This document shows, in pieces, positions 55,039 through 64,000 of a stretch of DNA of 64,000 nt. This DNA is from Octopus vulgaris (lineage: Eukaryota), in contig OX597826.1 in assembly GCA_951406725.2 (NCBI GenBank), forward strand, positions 45,508,001 to 45,572,000, written 5' to 3'. The notes under the pieces were generated by a model that was not told the origin of the DNA, ran no database searches, and worked only from the letters and a program-made list of their open reading frames with translations. A program made the position numbers and the translations under genes. Each line of letters begins with the position of its first letter. Within the stretch, counting starts at the first letter, position 1.

Positions 55039-55419
55039 ATGTATATGTATATATGCGCATGTGTGTGTGTATGTCTGTATGTTCGTATGGGTAGGCGCAC
55101 ATTCGCATCTTAGCTTACATACGTGTGTGACATATTTGTACGAATAAGTTTAAGCGGCGGTACATATGGTTGCGTTTATGTATAATTAAACATATGTAAA
55201 TAGCTATTAGACAAGATTCTCTGGCTATAAACATAAGACATAGGAATGAAGAAGAGGGGAAGAAAGAGAGAGCGAGGAAGCGAAGGGGAGAGAGAGGGTG
55301 AGAGAGAAAGTTAGGTATATGGGGAATAATAGGAAAATGGAAGTTAAGGTGAGCGAAAAAGAGATAGGCCTACACGTATAGGTAAATTGAAAGGCAATGT
55401 AAACGGATCTTGGGGTGGA

Positions 55420-55925
<506 letters not shown>

Positions 55926-56490
55926 GCAAAAGAAGAAAAATAGGAAGAGAAAACAGAGCAAGAGGAACAAAATAACATGAAGAAGAGGAGGAAGAAGACG
56001 AACAACCACAACAACAAAAGAGAAGTAGATAGAAAGAAAGAAAAAAAAACGAGAAAAAGAAAGAAAGAGAACAGATTTAGGATACGGAGAATCAAAATGG
56101 AGAAAGAGGTAGAAAAGAGGTAAAAAATTAAGAAGGAAAAATAACGGAGGAACATAAAGAAAAGAAAGAAGAAAGGGAAGATGATGACGAGGAGGACGAG
56201 AAGAACAGAGCACCACCAACAACAACAACAATAACAGCAACAGAAATGGAAGGAATTGGAGAGTAAAGAAATGGTAAGTGAAGTAGTAGGAAGAGGGGAA
56301 GAAATGGTTCCAAATGAAATTGTTTCTGTTACGAGAAATATTCTTGAGGATCGCTAATCTGAAGAAAATATTTCGAAGTACTTTTCAAAGAAAGTCAAAG
56401 AAGAGCACTTGAAATTATCTCTAAGTGGAACATTCAGAAGGAAATAGAGACTGGTGATAAGAATTGTATATGTAAATATGTGTATGTATG

Positions 56491-56521
<31 letters not shown>

Positions 56522-56593
56522 GATATGTATGTATGTATGTATGTATATATATATATATATAATATATATATATATGTATTTATTTATTTATTC

Positions 56594-56644
<51 letters not shown>

Positions 56645-56810
56645 CATATATGTATATATACATATATATATTTATAAGTATATTTATAAATATATATACG
56701 CATATATACATATATAATTATACGTATATATACACATATATACATAAATATATATATATATATACATATATATATGTATGTATATTTACACAAGTAGGTG
56801 AGTGTGCATG

Positions 56811-56848
<38 letters not shown>

Positions 56849-56888
56849 TATCGTATATATTTATATATATATTTTTTTTCGAGTTTCA

Positions 56889-56930
<42 letters not shown>

Positions 56931-56956
56931 TTTTTTCGAGTTTCAGCTCAGAGCTG

Positions 56957-57040
<84 letters not shown>

Positions 57041-58405
57041 CGCATATATATATGTGTCTTTATATACATATATGCTTGAATATAAAAATATATATGTATA
57101 CATATACAAGTACATACACGTGTGTGCGTGTATATGTGTGTATGTGTGTGTATTTATTCAGACATGGTTTTGAGTATGCACTTGCACGCACGCACGCACA
57201 CACGTACATTTATATACACATATATGTGCTGGTGTGTATGTGGGTGTGTATGTGGATGCGTATGTGTGCGTTTGTGTACACATGTATATAATGAATATTT
57301 TAGGAGATATGTGTGTATGTATGCATGAACGTATGCAAGTATACCTCCATTTTTGCGTGAGTATATAGTCATAGAACAGGGGGGGAGAGAAATATATTAA
57401 AATATGTATTTAGATAAAGATAGATATATGTGTGTGTGTATATATATATGTATATATGTATGTGTGTGTGCGTATATGTGTGTATGTGTGTGTATGTATT
57501 CTGAATAGATACGCCTGTTTTGAGTGCTCTAAGCTTTACTAAATAATCTTGATCTTAAGCGATATTTTACTATATTTTATTACTTTATAAATTTCTTCTT
57601 TTATTTTATTCCAGATGGCAAAAGAATAAATCAAGTTTTTGGCAGCAAGTTATATTATTTTAATGTATAAAACAATTGCTTACAAACAGACGACTCGCTT
57701 ACACAAAACAAAATAACAAATTCGTCTGCTGCTAAATATTTTCTACTGTCTGTTAATAACGTTGAGTATGTTGTTTTATGTGTGTTTTCGTGTGAGTTAC
57801 TGATGTATTTTTTTCCTCCTTTTGTAAGCTGTATATCATATATACATACATACAGACGTTCATACATACATGCATATATCTGTGAGTGTGCGTATGTAAT
57901 ATTTTTTAGCGCCACCATTTTGGGAGAGCAGAGAGGTAGAAGGAAGTTTCTATAAATCACTTACTACTGCAGATGTTTTCTTTTAAAGTGTTTATAATGC
58001 TTAAATATCATATCTTCTCTACATTTGCACACACATACAAATTCATACACATACGCAAGCACATAAATACACATGCAGGCATACATACGTTTATGTGCAC
58101 ACTTAAACACGTACATAACACAATTGCAAGTACATATGTATGCGTGTATGTATATATGTGTATGTTCATACATGTGTGTATTTTTACAAAGAAAAGATTG
58201 ACACTTCGAAGTTTTGGTTATGTAGCCATCGTAGTAAAGGGTACTTAGCTGTAACTTCGAAGTAACTATCAACCGATTCCCTTAACATATTAAAAAAAAT
58301 ACTGAAGGGTATCGAATGATCGTCTTTATTTTAGTGTTTGACTGTCTCACTCTCCGAAAAACAGTGCCTGTATAATACATATATGTATATGTATCTGTAT
58401 GTATA

Positions 58406-58921
58406 TAGTAAATACGAAGCGAAGCTATACAATAGCGTCGTATTTGTATCGATTGTTATTTTCCAGTAATTATTGGTGTCTTGTTGTACCACTTATCTAT
58501 TTTTATATGTATAAGTCTACCCTTATGGAGCTTTATTTAACTGGAAAGTAATACATTTGTATTGCATTATTATTTTCATTGAAAACTCCTTCACTGTTCT
58601 CGTTCTGTTAACGGCTAGGCGTTCAGGCGAGTATACAGGCATTGATGTGGGAACATTTGAAATATTGTCTAGGTAAATGCAGCTGATGGAGACTGATCAT
58701 ATTTACGTTGTCAAACGTATTAAAGAGTTAGAAACCGGTCCTGCATTATCCGATACTAGGTTGTCCAGTTATCGCATGTTCTTCCTAGAGGTAAGACAAA
58801 TTTTTCATGTTTGTTGCACACACACGTCTTTGCTAGTAAATACGCAGTGAATCTATACAATAGCCTCGTATTTGTGTCGATTGCTGTTTTCCTGTAAATA
58901 TTGATGCCTTGTTGTAACACT

Positions 58922-58930
<9 letters not shown>
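58406..58930 (+). mobile_element. retrozyme/pLTR-like element: 428-bp unit plus ~97-bp terminal direct repeat
   Basis: 58406-58503 is repeated with some divergence at 58834-58930; flanks are TA-rich microsatellite; HHR inside. Confidence 0.7.
58676..58747 (+). ncRNA. type-I hammerhead ribozyme (A9G in this copy)
   Basis: AATGCAG-CTGATGG-A-GACT...TACGTT GTCA AACGTA...AGTT-A-GAAA-CCGG-TC-CTGCATT; perfect 7-bp stem I, palindromic stem III, GUC site at 58738-58740. Confidence 0.7.
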
Positions 58931-58971
<41 letters not shown>

Positions 58972-59019
58972 CATAGATACATGTACATAGATACATACAT
59001 ATACATGCATACATACATA

Positions 59020-59410
59020 TGCGCAGGCATAGCTGTGTAGTAAGAAACTCGCTTCCCAAGTACATGGATCCGGGTTCAGTCCCATTACATGACATCTTGA
59101 GCAAATGTCTTTTACTGTAACCTCGGGCCGACCAAAGCCTTGTGAGTGGAACTCGTTGACGGAAACTGAAAGAATTCCATCGTATGTATATACATATCTG
59201 TATACCATTGTATCTGTGTTTGTCCCCACTATAGATAAACGACCTGTGTTGCTATGATAACATAGCCGTATCCTAGCGGTTCAACAAAAGAGACCAGTGG
59301 AATAAGCAGCAGGCTCAAAAAACAGTACTGGGATCGATTCATTCGACTTAAAATTCTACATGGCGGTGCCCCAACATGGCCGCAGTCAGATGATTGAAAC
59401 AAGTAAAAAA
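59020..59410 (+). mobile_element. SINE family B, full length, diverged
   Basis: gcgcaggcatagctgtgtagtaag...catggccgcagtcagatgattgaaacaagtaaaa. Confidence 0.88.
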
Positions 59411-59459
59411 ATATATGTAAAAAGAGACAAGGAAATCCTCAGACAGACATACAGACATA

Positions 59460-59564
59460 AAGACAAATAGACAGACAAATAGACAGACAGATAGACAGAT
59501 AAACAGATAGATAGATAGATGGACAGATAGACAGATAGACAGATAGACAGATGGACAGATGGAC

Positions 59565-59645
<81 letters not shown>

Positions 59646-59673
59646 TCAGATAGATAGACAGATAGACATAGAC

Positions 59674-59741
<68 letters not shown>
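59460..59741. repeat. (GACA/GATA)n microsatellite
   Basis: Direct reading. Confidence 0.95.
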
Positions 59742-59742
<1 letters not shown>

Positions 59743-61312
59743 TGTTTCTTTATTAGCCACACAGGGCTGCACACAGACAGAACAAATTACAAGATAGAGC
59801 TTTTCTTTTGGGGGTAAAAAAAAGGGGGTTAGATAGATAGATAGATTAACAAATTTGTGTAAATTGGGAAATATTTTTGAAGTTATACCTCACACTCACT
59901 TTCTTCAATTGGTTGAAAATAAACCGTCTGGCGAAACTAAAAAAAATTATTCAATTCAAAATTTATAATATATTTGATTTTATTCTCACTATTGATACGT
60001 CATTTGCATCAATAAATGATTCGTTATTATTTTTCAAATTATTTTAAAATAATAGCCTTAACTAAAAATTTATACACCAGCGCGCGCATATACATATAAG
60101 TGTGTAAAATTACATATCTGTGTGTGAGTGTTTCTGAGTGAATGGGTGTGTTAATTTTCCTGCCTACGAAGGGAAATGAATAGTAATTGATGTTTAAATT
60201 AAACACAAACCAAATTTTCACCCAATTCGCCTGACCCATCACAGGTATATAGTGTTGCATCGACAGGTTTATGAGTATCACCTCCAATTCCAGTGAAAGG
60301 CCATCTCTGTAAACTTCCTGGATTTTCTCCATTTCTTTCTCTCACAAACCTGCCCGTACCTGCTCTTACCTTAACTTCAACTCAAATCTTCTCATTTGCA
60401 TAGAAGCCATCTCCTTTTGGTAAATCACTCTCTTCCACTTCGTAATCGAAGCTCACACTTTAATGCTCAGTTGCACTACATGGTCCATGACTTCATATAA
60501 AATGAATACCCCAACGACCCGCTAACAATACCCATTGTTGCACCTGTACATTTGACCATACATCATCCTCTAGCCGATTATTCATAGCACCATCAACTGC
60601 CTTCTATTTCCTCCAAATTGCACTCCATCTTTAAGCGTACCATCGTACGGAACTTGCGTCTACTCTGATCTGACATCACTACGTTCCACCTAATGCCGAA
60701 ATATCCTCTTTCTTCGTTTAGACGTAACTACAGTTTACGTGCTCTTCTATTCCATAGCGCCTTATTCTCTCACCACAACCAAGTCATATCCCTTCCTTGC
60801 CCCAAACGGCAACAGCGTCCTTTCATCCAATTTATTACCATTATATATGGTTCGACCTTCGCATTCAATATTGCCGACCAGTTCACCAGAACATTATTCA
60901 CTGCATAAAATGCCAAGTCCGTGAGTAGTAAATAGATTTAGACAACACTTATTAACGGACCGATGTAACAATACCGGATCACTCCCAACTATATCCCATT
61001 ATTTCATTGTTCTGAACATACCTATCAGCATCTTACACTTTGTTTTATACAACCAATGGATCTCCTGTCTCTAGTTTCCCGGTTGAACATATTATACTTA
61101 AATACTATGAACTATCACGTTGCCTTTCTCAAACAATTCTGCCTTCCTCCTTCACAACCCAACATTCGTAACTACTTTTCAGCAAACTACGAATCTCTTC
61201 TCTTCTATCCACATACACATACACCAACCATCCACCACACACGGTTACTATTACGTCTTTTTCATATCACTTTTAAGAAAAAGCTCATCACTCTAACGCT
61301 ATTCTCCTCTAG

Positions 61313-61570
61313 TGGAGGTGCGTGGTTTAGTGGTTAGGGCGTTGCACTCATGATCGTAAGATTGCGGTTTCGATTTCTAGACTAGGCAACATGTTGTTTT
61401 CATGAGCAAATCACTTCATTTCGCGTTGCACTAGTCCACTAGTCCACTCAGGTGGCAAAATTGAGTAATCTATCGACGGACAGACGTCCCGTCCAAGCGG
61501 GGAATTTACATGTCATGAAAACGGGAAACCAGCCCTTATGAGTCGACATAACTCTAGAAAGCTAACCTTA
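61313..61570 (+). mobile_element. SINE family D with Meta-like domain
   Basis: ggaggtgcgtggtttagtggttagggcgttgcactcatgatcgtaag...gacggacagacgtcccgtccaagcgggg...gggaaaccagcccttatgag. Confidence 0.75.
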
Positions 61571-61697
61571 CTTTTAACTTTGTTCTCCTCTACTACCTAA
61601 AACGCAAGCGCTTAACTACGGTCACATGATATACTTAAAACACTCCCATACACATAATACATACAAACGCACGCACGTATATCTATCTATCTATCTA

Positions 61698-61735
<38 letters not shown>

Positions 61736-61809
61736 CCAAGGATCGAGGTGTAGAAGAGAGTTAGATTCAAGCTATCAATAGCAAATATTAAAAACAATAT
61801 ATGCATATA

Positions 61810-62093
61810 AGCGCAGGAGTGGCTGTGTGGTAAGTAGCTTGCTTACCAACCACATGGTTCCGGGTTCAGTCCCCCTGCGTGGCACCTTGGGCAAGTATCT
61901 TCCACTATAACCTCGGGCTGACCGAAGCCTTGTGAGTGGATTTGGTAGACGGAAACTAAAAGAAGCCCGTCGTATATATGTATATATATATATATGTATG
62001 TGTGTGTATATGTTTATGTTTGTGTGTCTGTTTTTGTCCCACCAACATCGCTTGACAACAGATGCTGGTGTGTTTACGTCCCCGTAACTTAGC
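61810..62093 (+). mobile_element. SINE family B, 3'-truncated
   Basis: Near-consensus copy ending at gtaacttagc. Confidence 0.9.
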
Positions 62094-62308
62094 TCTTTGA
62101 AATACAGGTACAACAGAAACAGGAAGTAAGAGTGAGAGAAAGTTGTGGTGAAAGAGTACAGTAGGGATCACCACCATCCCCTGCCGGAGCCTCGTGGAGC
62201 TTTAGGTGTTTTTGCTCAATAAACACTCACAACGCCCGGTCTGGGAATCGAAACCGCGATCCTACGACCGCGAGTCCGCTGCCCTAACCACTGGGCCATT
62301 GCGCCTCC
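62094..62308 (-). mobile_element. SINE family C head and body with a family-D-type tail start
   Basis: rc ggaggcgcaatggcccagtggttagggcagcggactcgcgg...ctgttgtacctgtatttcaaaga. Confidence 0.85.
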
Positions 62309-62605
62309 TCATTTATTTATATATAATTAGAAGAAAAATAGGATTAAAAAATCCTGGCAGATATCAATACAGCACTCACTATTAAAACAATTTAGTTAAC
62401 AATATTCAACAATTAGACACGGATAAATGTAAGTAGAATACAGATCCCAGGTAGATCTTGATATATGAGTGGCAAATCCAAATACCCTTTGACAGAATAT
62501 CGAGAAATTTAGAGTATTTGACAACAAAAAATACGTATAGAGAAAATGATATCTTTATTATAAATCTCACATTATAAAGCCGACACTTGTTTCTATTGTA
62601 TTGAC

Positions 62606-62673
<68 letters not shown>

Positions 62674-62741
62674 CCGGGTGTGTACCGTTAGCGATTTTTT
62701 TTTCCTCTGTCTTCCTTTCTCTGGATCTTTCCTTCTCCTAT

Positions 62742-62776
62742 GTTTCCGACGAAGAGCTCCGCTCGAAACGTTAAAC
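62742..62776 (+). ncRNA. minimal hammerhead motif in a microsatellite-embedded element 62672-62875
   Basis: GTTT-CCGACGA-A-GAGC TCC GCTC-GAAA-CG-TT-AAAC; stem I GTTT/AAAC, stem II GAGC/GCTC, ACGT palindrome in place of stem III. Confidence 0.65.
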
Positions 62777-63714
62777 CTTCCTTCTTCCCTTCCTGAGTGT
62801 CCAATAATACTATATTTGTTCCACGTCCTCGCGTTGTTGTGTTTTCTCTTTGTGTTTTCATGTTTGGATTAACTTTATATATATATATATATATATATTA
62901 ATCCGCTTTAGAAAGGTGGGGGTGGAGTAAGTGAGAGGTGGAGTGAGAGAGAGAGAAAGATAGAGAGAGGGCGAGTGAAGAAAGAAGAGAGGAAGAAGTA
63001 GAGAAAGGTGGTTAATATTAATACGCTTTGGCCAAATGGTCACGTGGTCAGCTGAAGCGAAAGACGAAGAACGAAAGAAAAAGACGACGAGAGAAAAGGA
63101 AAGATAGAGAGAGAGGAGTGTTAACGATATGCGGTGGGTGGGGAAGGAATACTTATTACGTGATTAAAAAGTTAACTGATAGGAAAGATAGATAGAGAGA
63201 AATGGAGAGAGAGAGAGAGGGGTAGGTAGCAGTGGTGGTGTGTGGATAGTGAAAAGTAGTTTCATTTATTGAACCAATTCTTTTTATATAGGGAGCCTCG
63301 TTTAATGCATGCTCGCTTAAGGAATTGATATTTGTTTATAAGGGACAATTTAGCCGAAACCCTGGATTCACAAGAAACACGATTGCAAGCTACTCGAGAA
63401 AGGTTGTACAGATATAGATCACGGGTCAGAGAGGAACAGCGAGAAAATATAATAAAAAGACGGAGACGCGAGGAAATTAATGTAGACGAATGTGAAGAAT
63501 ACTTAAAGAATGCTAAACTATGAATGCTATGAAAATGCAATTCATCCTTTTTTTCTTAAATAGATCCTCTTAATTTTTTCCATCCCGTGGAATTTCCATG
63601 GTCCCACTAGTATACATACATACACACACATACACACATATACATACATATATAAAAGAAAATAGAAAGATAATTTATAAATTAGTATGTATTAATTAAG
63701 AAATTGACAAACAT

Positions 63715-63800
63715 CCTTTACAGCTGTTTCAATTGAAGACCTTAAGAAAATTAATTAATAAAAATTTAAAATTGTTTGAAAGTCGAATCTCGTCTGGCGT
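63715..63800 (-). ncRNA. degenerate hammerhead-like relic in a Penelope-like pLTR
   Basis: rc CAGACGA-GATT...AATT-GAAA-CAGCTG-TA; stem I is not preserved. Confidence 0.35.
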
Positions 63801-64000
63801 AGTTTAAGATATACAAAATAAGCGTTAAATTCCTGCATGTTGGCTAAACGGCTGCAAACCGTTAACTGATGAATTTATATATAGAGAACATAGTATAAAA
63901 CATGGTATAGACCCAAGAAAGGTGAGTAAGGTTGTGTATATTAGAGTTGTAAAGTAATAATAGATCAATATATTCATCTAGAGTGTTTAGTATTAAAAAA

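Noticed and set aside
56870-56960. Duplicated tttttttcgagtttcag within (TA)n; similar short tandem duplications at 4606-4648 and 38330-38395
   Set aside because: Ordinary slippage or local duplications.
60400-60920. Possible decayed CR1/L2-group LINE 3' region
   Set aside because: Only vague peptide resemblance and no clear diagnostic motif.
62230-62308. tRNA-Arg-like sequences here and at 24075-24147; other tRNA-like heads at 61313 and 61810
   Set aside because: They continue into SINE bodies and lack a proper acceptor stem.
63262-63540. 92-aa and 63-aa overlapping ORFs in a microsatellite-flanked block
   Set aside because: No recognisable motif; possibly a transposon fragment, but unsupported.

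Overview
AT-rich, microsatellite-saturated eukaryotic DNA. Its SINE and microsatellite make-up fits a coleoid cephalopod, most likely Octopus (inference, not a database result). No long protein-coding ORF is present, and almost all ORF-track entries are translated microsatellites. Recognisable content: dozens of tRNA-derived SINE copies from about four modular families; decayed non-LTR retrotransposon pieces (CR1/L2-group RT and ORF1, RTE, and two R4/Dong-type 3' ends inside (TAA)n); mariner transposase relics; MITE/Helitron-like elements; one degenerate tRNA-Asp(GTC); and a 1.28-kb fold-back palindrome. The most interesting signal is a set of at least seven short, mostly unrelated elements in or beside (TA)n/(TG)n tracts. 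Each carries a minimal type-I hammerhead ribozyme (HHR) fold with a palindromic stem III, as in Penelope-like pseudo-LTRs and retrozymes. They include a 428-bp unit with a ~97-bp terminal direct repeat, an inverted HHR dimer, and a recurrent CCGANGA (U4C) core variant. Unique AT-rich islands may hold minus-strand micro-exons of a host gene (low confidence). Repeat boundaries were read by eye and are approximate.
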